Below, piece after piece: positions 1 through 9,298 of a stretch of 43,835 nucleotides of DNA. Within the stretch, counting starts at the first letter, position 1, and every line of letters begins with the position of its first letter. This stretch comes from Methanobacteriota archaeon. GTDB lineage: Archaea > Thermoplasmatota > Poseidoniia > Poseidoniales > Thalassarchaeaceae. The notes below the pieces were generated by a model, which saw only the letters and a list, made by a program, of their open reading frames with translations, was not told the DNA's origin and searched no databases. The translations under genes were made by a program, and so were the position numbers. The stretch spans positions 1 through 43,835 of the forward strand of contig JAPOKZ010000004.1 in NCBI GenBank assembly GCA_029977385.1, read 5' to 3'.

Positions 1-1065
1 ACAGTTCTAGAGATGAAGGAGGAGAGAGGGCTAGGAAAGACCCTGGACCTGATCCTACACAGGGGTTCCATCAGGAAGGGCGATGAGATTGTCCTAGTCA
101 GCGACAGAGGAGGAATAAGCACCCATGTGAAAGGGCTATTCTCTCCTAGAGGGATGAGCGAGATGAGAGATGCAGGGGATCGCTGGGACAACACCGAGAC
201 TGCCTATGCTGCAGCAGGTGTCAAGATTAGTGCACCATCATTGGATGGGGTCCTGGTAGGGACTACTCTCAGGGTTGTGAATTCGGATGAGGAGCGGAGC
301 GCTGCCATTGCAGCAGCCGACGAAGAGGCGAACCTCTCTATTGAGCTGGACGAAGAGGGAGTATGTATCAAATCCGATACAGTGGGTGGTCTTGAGGCCC
401 TTGCAAAAGAGCTGAGAGAAGTGGGCGTTCCCATCCGAGAGGCTTCGATAGGGAAAGTAAGCAGAAGGGACGTACGAAGTGCGGAGGCATCCTCGGATCC
501 TCTTCATAGAATAATCATGGCATTCAGCACTGAAATTCTAGAGGAAGCAGAAGAGGAGATTGGATCCTCCGAAGCAGGAGTCAAGCACATAGGCTCGGAT
601 ATCATCTACCGTATCCTAGAGGAGAGAGAGGAATGGGTGGAAGCCAGGAAGAACGAGCTTGAAGAGGAGAGCAGAGAAATCGTGGTTTACCCCGGACGAA
701 TCATGCTCCTACCAGACCACACTTTCAGAGTCTCGAAACCTGCTGTTGTGGGAGTAAGGGTTCTGGCTGGGAGGGTCCACATAGGTCAAGGACTGCTGAA
801 GGACGGAAATCGAGTAGGCAGGATAAAGTCAATTAGATCTGGGCAAGAAAGCCTCAAGGAGGCTAGGCAGGGTGCTGAAGTTGCAATCTCAGTCGATGGT
901 GTTACTGTCGGTAGACAGATCGAGGAAGGGGATGTCCTACTAGTGGATATTCCGGAATCGCATGCCAGGAAGCTTAGGAAACTGGAGATGACGCCTATGG
1001 AGGAGGAGGTCTACGAGGAGTTATTGGCCATACACAGGAAGAATGACCACTTCTGGGGAAGATAA
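1..1065 (+). CDS. infB: Translation initiation factor aIF5B/IF-2, C-terminal part (5'-truncated by the window edge)
   Basis: Frame is open from base 1 (TVLEMKEERGLG). Domain II-IV motifs: IKSDTVGGLEAL, IIYRILEE, PAVVGVRVLAG, GAEVAISVDGVTVGRQIEEGD. Confidence 0.95.
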   Translation, partial: TVLEMKEERGLGKTLDLILHRGSIRKGDEIVLVSDRGGISTHVKGLFSPRGMSEMRDAGDRWDNTETAYAAAGVKISAPSLDGVLVGTTLRVVNSDEERSAAIAAADEEANLSIELDEEGVCIKSDTVGGLEALAKELREVGVPIREASIGKVSRRDVRSAEASSDPLHRIIMAFSTEILEEAEEEIGSSEAGVKHIGSDIIYRILEEREEWVEARKNELEEESREIVVYPGRIMLLPDHTFRVSKPAVVGVRVLAGRVHIGQGLLKDGNRVGRIKSIRSGQESLKEARQGAEVAISVDGVTVGRQIEEGDVLLVDIPESHARKLRKLEMTPMEEEVYEELLAIHRKNDHFWGR

Positions 1066-1142
1066 GGCCAGAGCCTCGATTGTTCAAGGGCACCTAACAC
1101 TCAAGTAGTCATGGAATCGGCATTGGTCTCAGAGGGTTCAGT

Positions 1143-2129
1143 GTGACGATTGCTCAAGGTGGTGGATCTAGCTCTAAAGACCTGATTAGATCTGTCTCAG
1201 GGCATGCTAACAACCTGATGAGCGAGGTAGCCAAGGTCATCATAGGAAAGCCCGAGAACATCAGAAAGGTAGCCATTGGGATCCTAGCAAATGGAAACAT
1301 CCTGATCGAGGACAATCCAGGTCTGGCCAAGACCTTGATGTCAAACACATTCGCGGAGGCACTCGGATGCAAGTTCAAGAGAGTACAGTTCACTCCTGAC
1401 CTTCTTCCTGCTGATATTATCGGGACGTACATGTACGACCAGAAGACTGGTGAGTTCAGACCAAGGTTCGGACCTCTGTTCACCAACATACTCCTAGCAG
1501 ACGAGATAAACAGAGCCCCTCCAAAGACGCAGGCCGCATTGCTAGAGGCAATGGAGGAGAAGCAAGTAACCATTGAAGGAATCACTCACAAACTACCGGC
1601 CCCATTCGTGACAATGGCTACCCAAAACCCGATAGAACAGGAAGGGACATATCCGCTTCCTGAGGCTCAAATGGATAGGTTTCTCATGAAAATGAGCATG
1701 GGATACCCTTCAATGGATGAAGAGAAGGCAATCCTACAGAGGAGGAAGCTACGTGGGAAGGACAACTATGATGTGGAGCAGATAGTTGAGCCTAGGAAGG
1801 TGGTAGCGATGCAGAAGGCCCTTGAGACGGTCCATATCGATCCAGCAATCCTTGGTTACATCGTTCAAGTAGTTCAGAGGACAAGGGCAGACCCGAGAAT
1901 AGAGGCTGGAGCATCCCCCAGGGCTAGCCAAGGTCTGTTCAAGGCTTCAAGAGCGTCAGCAGCTATCGATGGAAGGGACTACGTCATTCCTGACGATGTC
2001 AAGGGAGTGGCTCTTGACGTGGTCAGTCACAGAATCGTCCTAAAGCCAGAGTCGAAGATCCGCGGTGTAACTGGAAGGAGGGTCGTGAACAAGATTCTCA
2101 GCGAAGTGAACGTCCCTGTCATCCAATAA
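1143..2129 (+). CDS. MoxR-family AAA+ ATPase
   Basis: Walker A PGLAKT, RVQFTPDLLPAD, Walker B LLADEINRAPPKTQAALLEAMEE, ATQNPIEQEGTYPLPEAQMDRF, GASPRAS. Start codon uncertain. Confidence 0.95.
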   Translation: MTIAQGGGSSSKDLIRSVSGHANNLMSEVAKVIIGKPENIRKVAIGILANGNILIEDNPGLAKTLMSNTFAEALGCKFKRVQFTPDLLPADIIGTYMYDQKTGEFRPRFGPLFTNILLADEINRAPPKTQAALLEAMEEKQVTIEGITHKLPAPFVTMATQNPIEQEGTYPLPEAQMDRFLMKMSMGYPSMDEEKAILQRRKLRGKDNYDVEQIVEPRKVVAMQKALETVHIDPAILGYIVQVVQRTRADPRIEAGASPRASQGLFKASRASAAIDGRDYVIPDDVKGVALDVVSHRIVLKPESKIRGVTGRRVVNKILSEVNVPVIQ

Positions 2130-2168
2130 TCGGGCAATCCCAATTAACCGGGCTGCATACACAGATGC

Positions 2169-3071
2169 GTGGCTATTGTGATTGCTTGTGTCAACCACAA
2201 GGGAGGATGTGCTAGGACGACCACGGCGGTGAATCTTGCATCGGCCCTTTCTCTAGGGAGCGAGGAGTACGGGATTAGTAGCAGGAGGGTTCTGCTGGTA
2301 GACATGGATCCGAAGGGGAACGTGGCAACGACATTCGGAGTTGACAAAAGAACAGTCGGACCTACGATGAACGAGCTTTTTTCGAGGGGTGTTGATAACT
2401 CTGCACTAAAACTAGAGGACTGCACTCTTGGACCAGAATTTCTGACTAGGTCGATGAAGACATCATGGAGAAAGAGTAATCCGGAGAAGGTCAAGGGTCC
2501 GCCTAATCATATCGTAGTACGAAACTTATGGGTTCTTCCAGCTGACTTGGACCTATCTGGAATAGAAGTAGACCTAGCGACAAGAGTCGGTAGAGAGAAC
2601 AGACTCAAGCTGGCTCTGAGTGAAGCCATGGATAGTTTCGATGTTATCATTATCGATACTCCGGCATCACTAGGACTACTGACTGTGAATGCTCTGTGCG
2701 CCGCGGAGTGGGTCCTAATCCCAATCCAAGCAGAGTTCTATGCTCTGGAAGGAATGGGGCAGTTGATTTCCACGGTTAGAGATGTACAGAAATCGGTTAA
2801 CCCTAGTCTTGGATTGCTGGGCATACTGATGACGATGGTCCAGACTAGAAGCAAACTATGCGAGACAGTAACCGAGCACGCTAGGAAACACTTCGGGGAT
2901 AGAGTGTTTGATTCTCAGATACCGAGATCCGTATCTATCGCGGAGTCTCCTCTGGAAGGGGCTCCCATTGTAATAGCACAGAAGCCGAACAAGACAAACT
3001 CTGCAAGTAGAGCTTACTGGGAGTTCGCAAAGGAGGCAGACAGCAGAATCAATGCAATTTCTGATAGTTGA
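2169..3071 (+). CDS. ParA/Soj-family ATPase with atypical Walker A (KGGCARTT)
   Basis: NHKGGCARTTTAVNLA, VLLVDMDPKGN, IIIDTPASLGLLTVNAL, IPIQAEFYALEG, IPRSVSIAESP. Confidence 0.9.
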   Translation: MAIVIACVNHKGGCARTTTAVNLASALSLGSEEYGISSRRVLLVDMDPKGNVATTFGVDKRTVGPTMNELFSRGVDNSALKLEDCTLGPEFLTRSMKTSWRKSNPEKVKGPPNHIVVRNLWVLPADLDLSGIEVDLATRVGRENRLKLALSEAMDSFDVIIIDTPASLGLLTVNALCAAEWVLIPIQAEFYALEGMGQLISTVRDVQKSVNPSLGLLGILMTMVQTRSKLCETVTEHARKHFGDRVFDSQIPRSVSIAESPLEGAPIVIAQKPNKTNSASRAYWEFAKEADSRINAISDS

Positions 3072-3073
3072 AA

Positions 3074-4168
3074 CTAGGACTCATGGTGCTCCATGGCACT
3101 ATGCCTTGCATCGAGAAGTACTGCATCCATCTTCACACGAATCTCAGACTCTAGAGTCTTGATAATCTCGGAAACTTCTTTCTTCGAAAGTTCTCCTCTC
3201 TTCGCCAGCTGTTTTTCAAGATTAGAAAGCATCTCTGACTCGCGCTCCTTCACGAAATCTGCCACTCTCTGCTCCATCTCAACCTCGCTCTCAAGCGCCA
3301 GTTCTTGTCTTCTGAGGGCCAGTGCAGCCTCCATACTATTCCTCTCTGCCCTGAATCTCCGATCGAGATCGGAAAGAGCGGCCCTCTCCGCCTCTTCCTG
3401 TAGTGACTTGATTCTCACTTCGATATCAGACTGCATTTCCTTCTCAAGTGACTGTCGCTCATTCTCAAGCTGCTTCTCCAACTTTGACTCATGTTTTCTT
3501 CTCTTCTTGGCGATGTTGTCTCTCATCTTGATTTCCTGCTCTAAACGGAATGCCTCAGCCTTCCTGTGGACCTCTGACTCCATTGCCTCCCTGAGATCCA
3601 TCTCAACCCTTCTCTCCATCCTCTCAATTCCTTGGTTTGCCTCTAGCTCGAGCCTTTCTCCAAGGAAAGCCTTCCTGCGAGAGAACTCCACTTCCATCTC
3701 TTCCCTCAGACGATCCCTGACTCTCGATGTATGAGCCTCTATCCTACGGTCCCTCTCCAAATCCAACTGGTCTCTGAGTCTGTTTTCCTCTCTTCTGAGC
3801 TTATGTAGCATCTCCTCACGTAGCAGCCTTTCCTCTCTCTCTAGAGACTCCTTTTCCAGTCTCTCTAGTTCATCTTCCAATTCGTCTCTGAGATCGGCCT
3901 CTATCTGCTGAAGTTGCTCTTCGAATAGTATCTCATTCGCCTTCCTCATTGCACCCTGCATTCCAGAAACCCTATCTGTCATCTCAGAGATTCGCATTCT
4001 TCTCTCTCTTCTTATTGCGGAGCGAAGAGTAGACTCCTCATCGAGTCTCTCTCGGGCCCTCGCAGCTGCCCCCATGGCAGTGGAGGAAAGTGCATGCTCT
4101 GCTCTGAGGGCATCGAGCTCGTCAGGACCCTCATGCTCAACAGAATCATCCGGCTTGCTCTCACTCAC
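3074..4168 (-). CDS. E/R-rich long coiled-coil protein of unknown function
   Basis: Highly charged, Pro-free helical sequence over about 330 aa. GTG at 4168 is preferred because ATGAAA lies 30 nt upstream; the ORF extends to 4213. Confidence 0.75.
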   Translation of the reverse strand: MSESKPDDSVEHEGPDELDALRAEHALSSTAMGAAARARERLDEESTLRSAIRRERRMRISEMTDRVSGMQGAMRKANEILFEEQLQQIEADLRDELEDELERLEKESLEREERLLREEMLHKLRREENRLRDQLDLERDRRIEAHTSRVRDRLREEMEVEFSRRKAFLGERLELEANQGIERMERRVEMDLREAMESEVHRKAEAFRLEQEIKMRDNIAKKRRKHESKLEKQLENERQSLEKEMQSDIEVRIKSLQEEAERAALSDLDRRFRAERNSMEAALALRRQELALESEVEMEQRVADFVKERESEMLSNLEKQLAKRGELSKKEVSEIIKTLESEIRVKMDAVLLDARHSAMEHHES

Positions 4169-4270
4169 GCACCCATCCCCATTTCGACGCCCTTTCATGG
4201 GTATTTGAGACAAGAGGGTGGAAAGTAGCTAGAAATGCTGGTTTCTCTAGGCGTAATATATTCACGATAC

Positions 4271-4660
4271 CTAGAATGTGACAAAGAAGGGGTTCTGACA
4301 ACCAGGGCATGTTAGCTCCCTCTTCCCAGGTCTTGGCCTGATTCTTAGATTGGCTTCGCAAGAAGGACATTCGACCTCGACCTTGACTATCTTCCTAGTC
4401 AAAGTGAATATGCCAGAACAAGCCCCACAAGTCAAGTCTACGGGTCTTTTGTCCGTACCAGCCTCAACAGCCGTCATACAATGCGGGCATTGTACCTTCT
4501 CTTCCTTCAGAGCTGCAACTGTAGGTGCGTGAGAGACTCGGCATAGCGCTCCACACAGAAGGCATTCTATCTCTCCCAATCCCTGAGGAAGCATCCCTTC
4601 ACACTGAGGGCAGTTGACCAATGGAGGGGCAACTCTAGACTCGACCTCGGGAGGTGCCAT
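4271..4660 (-). CDS. Triple zinc-ribbon protein
   Basis: Six CxxC motifs (CPQC/CLLC, CPHC/CGAC, CPSC/CPGC) forming three repeated ribbons. Confidence 0.85.
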   Translation of the reverse strand: MAPPEVESRVAPPLVNCPQCEGMLPQGLGEIECLLCGALCRVSHAPTVAALKEEKVQCPHCMTAVEAGTDKRPVDLTCGACSGIFTLTRKIVKVEVECPSCEANLRIRPRPGKRELTCPGCQNPFFVTF

Positions 4661-4685
4661 GATATCGGGAAATACGTCCAGTTAA

Positions 4686-7385
4686 TCAAGCGGTCGCCGA
4701 ATTGTCCTCTGGGTCCTTGTTGGAAATTATGGCCCAAATTTCCTTGGCATCTTGAAGAATATCTCTTCCCAAATCCGTCAAAGTAGAAAGTCTCCTAGTT
4801 TCAGAACCAGATACCCACATCCCATTCAGGATAATCATCAGTGCACTTGCTTCATGGAGAGCAATTCCGGCTGCTAGATTTATCCTGTATCCCAGTAACA
4901 CACTAATTACCAACATAGAGGTCACCAATACGGAAATTGCGATATTTGCGTATACAACTCTCCTTGTCCTCTTTGCTAGTGCGATCATCCGAGAGAGAGC
5001 CCTTGGGTCTTCTCCAGGAATTAAGACATCGGCTGCATCGAGATTGACTTGATCACCGCTACCGACTGCAACGCCGATATCCGCTGCTGCAAGGGCACCG
5101 GCATCATTGAATCCGTCTCCTGCCATCAATGTACGATTCTCACTAGATTTGGTAGTAACGTATACTGCCTTCTCTTCTGGGTCAACCCCTCCCCTGCACA
5201 TTTCTGGATCGATGCCGATTGATTTTGCAAATGCCTCTACACTTGTTTGCTCGTCTCCGCTCAATATCTCAACTCTGACTCCATGGGAGTTCAGTTCACT
5301 TATCGCCTCACCAACTCCGAATCTAGCATCGTCATGAGAGAAGCCCATGAGTGCTATTGCTGAACCGTCAACTGAGAGTAAGCTGGACCCCATGCCAGAT
5401 TCTCTTGATTGCTGCAGTGCCAGAACTAATGAGTCTGGGATAGTGACTCCCTTAGAAGCAACCCAATCTGCCCTACCCAGAATCACCATTTTTCCGTCTA
5501 ATTGCCCCGAGACACCGGCTTCACCGTCATTTATTGACTCAATCCTGATGGGAGGGAGGTTCCTTTTCTCGACTTCCTGTAGAATGGTCCGTGCATAGGG
5601 ATGGTTGGAGCGCACCTCTAATCCAGCAGCGATCCCAAGGACCCTCTCCTCAGTCTCTCGATCTGCCACAATTATGCTAGATATTGTTGGATTTCCAGTT
5701 GTGAGTGTCCCGGTCTTATCTAACAGAGCCAGTTGCACATCAGCTGCAGATTCTAGAATATCTCCACCTCTAGCGATTAATCCAAACGAGGATGCTGAGG
5801 TTAGAGCTACTGCATGTGGAACTGGTGAGGCCAGAAGAAGAGAGCATGGGCACGATACTACCCATAGTAAAAGAGTAGTGAGAATAGCTTGCTCTACCGA
5901 TCCAGGGTGAGCGAGAAATCCGATTATCGGTGCTGCAAATACCACGAGTGGTGTCCAGAATAGTGTGAAACTCTCGATGGTACTTTGAGTTCGGGTTGGT
6001 TGGTCCTTGTAGTGCCTGACAAGATCGATTAAGCTGGAAAGTCGAGTACCCTGACCTATTGCCTCTGACTTGATCACAATAGGTCCGCGAGTCAATGTCA
6101 GGCCCGCTTCAACTCTGTCTCCTTCCTTTACAGGGACTGGAATTGGCTCTCCGGTAAGTGGAGCTCTGTCGATGGCGCCACTGCCTTCGATAATTTGTCC
6201 ATCAACTGGAATCTTTTCTCCTGATCTGACCTCTACTGATTCCCCTATCTCCAAAGCCTCTACCGGAATGAGTTCTTCAACGGAACAATTGGAAGGAGTA
6301 GGTTCCTGATTTGCAATCTGAATAACCATCATCCTCCGTTCCCCACTACTAATCCCAGGGGATTTTTGTTTGGCTATTCTTGCCATTCTAGGGAGTCTAT
6401 CCAATCCTCCCTGCATAGACTCTCTTGCCTTGATGAGCGCTCTGTTTTCTAGATGAGAAGCGAATGCAACTAGGGCCACAACAAGGAGAGCCTCGATAAA
6501 TTCGCCGAGTGCCACGGCACCTATGATGGCTAGAGAGATCAAAACCTGGAAACCAACGACCCTGTTTTTTAGGCTGGCAATTGCCTCTTGGAAAATATTC
6601 TGCCCGACGAAAACCACTCCTCCAAGAGCCAGTATCGAAGGAACTATGACTGGAACTGCAGAGCTCATCTCAAGTAATGAGACAAGAATGATCAGTGGAA
6701 TCGACAGAATGGAAGAAAGGAGTTGGAGTTGGTCCTTCCTGAATCCAGACTCTCTTGAAGGTTCGAGTCTATGGTCTGAGCCCAGGATCTCTCGGAGTTT
6801 TTGATCCGATGCTTGACGAAGATCGGAATCGAGTATCCAGACCTTCTGAATCTCTATCCTGCCCTTCTCCATTCTTACGTCCAGAACTCCTGGAACATTC
6901 AGAAGCCATTCTCTGAGTCCCTTTGATTCCACTTGAAGTCTTGAAGAGAGAGATGAAGACGATATTCCAACAACTCTCAGCCAGCCAATATCAGGGTCGT
7001 GACCCAAACTGGATAGGACTGAGGATACACGTGAAACGCTTCCATTGGAAATATCTTGAGATACCTCTACGGTACCATCTGCCACAGAAATTCTGCATGA
7101 TTTCACACCGGGAAGTCGGTGTACAGCTCTTGTTGCTTTCATCGCACAGTCGGGACAGTCCATCCCCATAATGCCCCAGTCAAAGGTATGTGTGCCGTCC
7201 AAGGATATCTCAAATCCATCCTCAATGGAATTATCTTGATCTTCAATCACATTATTATTCTCGATTCTTGGCTTGGAGAGTCTCGGAAATCCGATCTTTG
7301 GCAGAGAGATTCTGTCCCTACCTGATTTCAGGGTTTCTTCCTCTTCTTCATCAAGAAAGAGATAGTCCTCGGAGTCTTCAGGCAT
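4686..7385 (-). CDS. Heavy-metal translocating P1B-type ATPase
   Basis: HMA motif GMDCPDC, actuator LTGE, membrane SCPC, phosphorylation site DKTGT, SNHP, GDGFND, last-helix HEAS. Start MPEDSED at 7385 is preferred over 7442. Confidence 0.95.
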   Translation of the reverse strand: MPEDSEDYLFLDEEEEETLKSGRDRISLPKIGFPRLSKPRIENNNVIEDQDNSIEDGFEISLDGTHTFDWGIMGMDCPDCAMKATRAVHRLPGVKSCRISVADGTVEVSQDISNGSVSRVSSVLSSLGHDPDIGWLRVVGISSSSLSSRLQVESKGLREWLLNVPGVLDVRMEKGRIEIQKVWILDSDLRQASDQKLREILGSDHRLEPSRESGFRKDQLQLLSSILSIPLIILVSLLEMSSAVPVIVPSILALGGVVFVGQNIFQEAIASLKNRVVGFQVLISLAIIGAVALGEFIEALLVVALVAFASHLENRALIKARESMQGGLDRLPRMARIAKQKSPGISSGERRMMVIQIANQEPTPSNCSVEELIPVEALEIGESVEVRSGEKIPVDGQIIEGSGAIDRAPLTGEPIPVPVKEGDRVEAGLTLTRGPIVIKSEAIGQGTRLSSLIDLVRHYKDQPTRTQSTIESFTLFWTPLVVFAAPIIGFLAHPGSVEQAILTTLLLWVVSCPCSLLLASPVPHAVALTSASSFGLIARGGDILESAADVQLALLDKTGTLTTGNPTISSIIVADRETEERVLGIAAGLEVRSNHPYARTILQEVEKRNLPPIRIESINDGEAGVSGQLDGKMVILGRADWVASKGVTIPDSLVLALQQSRESGMGSSLLSVDGSAIALMGFSHDDARFGVGEAISELNSHGVRVEILSGDEQTSVEAFAKSIGIDPEMCRGGVDPEEKAVYVTTKSSENRTLMAGDGFNDAGALAAADIGVAVGSGDQVNLDAADVLIPGEDPRALSRMIALAKRTRRVVYANIAISVLVTSMLVISVLLGYRINLAAGIALHEASALMIILNGMWVSGSETRRLSTLTDLGRDILQDAKEIWAIISNKDPEDNSATA

Positions 7386-7466
7386 GATTAATCCACGGTT
7401 GTGTGTGGCTTGAAGATGATGTTTTCTTGTCGGTGGTATCATGAACAGGAATGAGTCCCATCGTTC

Positions 7467-8180
7467 ATGATCGAAATCCCAGACTCTGAAAATTGGGATA
7501 TGTTAGTTTTTGATGTAGACGGAACACTGCTGGACAGGGAAGGTTTCCATGAAGATCTTGTCAATCTAGTTAGAAGGGTGGACAGAGAGGTAATGCCTGT
7601 TTCACTGGCTTCAGGAAGGACCCTGCCGAATGTTACTCCAATTTTGCAAGCCATAGGTGCCTCTGGCTTCATAGTAGCTGAGAACGGTGGCATGGTATGG
7701 GACAGTAGCGAAGGTCATGAGATCCGGGTACTGTCCGATGGGAGGAGAGCGAAGGAAGCAGCAGAGTGGCTGGCAACAAAAATCGATGGTTTAGATCCAA
7801 GGGGAATAGAGTCAAACAGATGGAGAGAGACTGAATGGTGCCTCAGTGAGACCGGTTCCTTTGAATTGATGAGGGACCTACTTGCAGATAGCAAATGGTC
7901 TGACTTAGAGGTCGTCTCTACTGGTTTCGCTGTACACATTGCAAGTCCGGGACTGAACAAATCAAATGGATTGAGATTGGCCCTGGAACAGAGGGGAGTG
8001 GATCCCTCAAGAGTGATCGCATGTGGTGATGCTCCTAACGACTTGCCGATGTTTGATCTGGTTGGTCTCTCGGTCGCGGTTAATGATGAGTTCCCAGAGG
8101 TTTCCATGTCTGCTGACTACACTACTGACTCAAGAGGGAAGGCTGGCTCAGTAGAGCTTCTGAGGGCTCTACTAAATTGA
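7467..8180 (+). CDS. HAD-superfamily IIB hydrolase (archaeal phosphoglycolate phosphatase-like)
   Basis: DVDGTL, LASGR, AENGG, NKSNG, GDAPND. Confidence 0.88.
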   Translation: MIEIPDSENWDMLVFDVDGTLLDREGFHEDLVNLVRRVDREVMPVSLASGRTLPNVTPILQAIGASGFIVAENGGMVWDSSEGHEIRVLSDGRRAKEAAEWLATKIDGLDPRGIESNRWRETEWCLSETGSFELMRDLLADSKWSDLEVVSTGFAVHIASPGLNKSNGLRLALEQRGVDPSRVIACGDAPNDLPMFDLVGLSVAVNDEFPEVSMSADYTTDSRGKAGSVELLRALLN

Positions 8181-8188
8181 TTCTTGAT

Positions 8189-8273
8189 TGGTGCAGGCGG
8201 CAGGATTCGAACCTGCGAAGCGCTATGCAGAGGATCTTGAGCCCTCCCCCTTTGACCACTCGGGTACACCTGC
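8189..8273 (-). tRNA. tRNA-Leu (anticodon CAA), CCA encoded
   Basis: Reverse complement GCAGGTG...GAGTGGTCAAAGG GAGGG-CTCAAGA-TCCTC, variable arm, GCAGG-TTCGAAT-CCTGC, CGCCTGC A CCA. Confidence 0.96.
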
Positions 8274-8382
8274 ACCTTCGCGAGTGGAGACATGGATTTT
8301 ATTCTCCCGCATGATGGTACTTGTCAATTCACACGGAATTGTTGATGTATCTCCTTCGTGGGATGCTGGGTAGTTGGTGTTG

Positions 8383-9249
8383 ATGGCAGTCGGTTCTGTA
8401 CCTCGTAGACTATCGAAGGGAGAGTTAGAATCTGTCCACAAATCTCTAATCGAGGTCACTAGAAAGCAGAGGAGCAGCGACACTCCTGTAGATGTGGCTA
8501 TGCCGGACGGGATTGGTTTCTGGGACGCAATCGGTCAGTTATTGCAGAACATGGAAACCGAGCTTTCTGAGACTGTGAGAGAAGAAGGCATGACTGCTAA
8601 GGCTCAACTTCTTTCTAGAAGGCTAGGGGTTGCAAGGACATGTGTCAGAGATCTGACGAGAATCCGACTTGCTTCCTTTACTCGTCATGCTATCACCTCA
8701 AATCTACTAAACTCCGGGAGCAAGGACTCCAGGGAAAGTGTCGGTTTGCCTTTGCTTGATTGGAACAAGCATGACCCTTCTGAGAGAGTTTTCTACAATG
8801 GACTCAAGGATCTGGCTGAGATGTACAAGGCCTCTACTTCTTGGTCTAACATGCTAGGTTACTCTGAATCGGTGGGTGTGGTGAGTGATGTCAGCGAGAC
8901 ACTCAGGGACTTCTCTAATGAAGAAAAACTAGAATCGACTGCGAATAGAGTTTCCACAACGGAGGAAGAATGGGAAGAGCCAGACATCGACGAAGAGGAT
9001 CGGATTCGTGAGATGGACGATTACCCTGAACACGCTTCCTCCTCTTCCGAGTCTCGTTCTCTAGACGAGCAGCCCAGCGAAGAAGTGGAGGACCTTCTAA
9101 GAATAAGAGTACTGAAGGATGTAGAGGACCCTATTCTGATGGCAGATGGCTCTGAGGTCGTACTCACAGAGGGGGACATCGAGACCTGTCCATCATTGAT
9201 TGCTGAAATTCTAATTGCGGCTGGACTCGCTGAAGCGGCTCCGATATAG
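8383..9249 (+). CDS. DNA replication GINS-family subunit (Gins51-like A-B arrangement with acidic linker)
   Basis: Helical N-domain, D/E-rich linker, and a C-terminal B-domain pattern RIRVLKDVEDPILMADGSEVVLTEGDI...IAEILIAAGLAE. Confidence 0.7.
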   Translation: MAVGSVPRRLSKGELESVHKSLIEVTRKQRSSDTPVDVAMPDGIGFWDAIGQLLQNMETELSETVREEGMTAKAQLLSRRLGVARTCVRDLTRIRLASFTRHAITSNLLNSGSKDSRESVGLPLLDWNKHDPSERVFYNGLKDLAEMYKASTSWSNMLGYSESVGVVSDVSETLRDFSNEEKLESTANRVSTTEEEWEEPDIDEEDRIREMDDYPEHASSSSESRSLDEQPSEEVEDLLRIRVLKDVEDPILMADGSEVVLTEGDIETCPSLIAEILIAAGLAEAAPI

Positions 9250-9298
9250 TAGGGCAATTACTAACTCTCTCCGGTATCGGCATGGTTTCAGAGATAAT

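Noticed and set aside
3093-3734. 213-aa Ser-rich + strand ORF and other antisense ORFs (e.g. 27011-27562, 28243-28794, 39476-40039, 43335-43835)
   Set aside because: These are antisense shadows of well-supported genes, with compositions that mirror the sense codons.
8188-8483. ORFs 8188-8373 and 8223-8483
   Set aside because: They are translations across tRNA-Leu and the start of the GINS gene.
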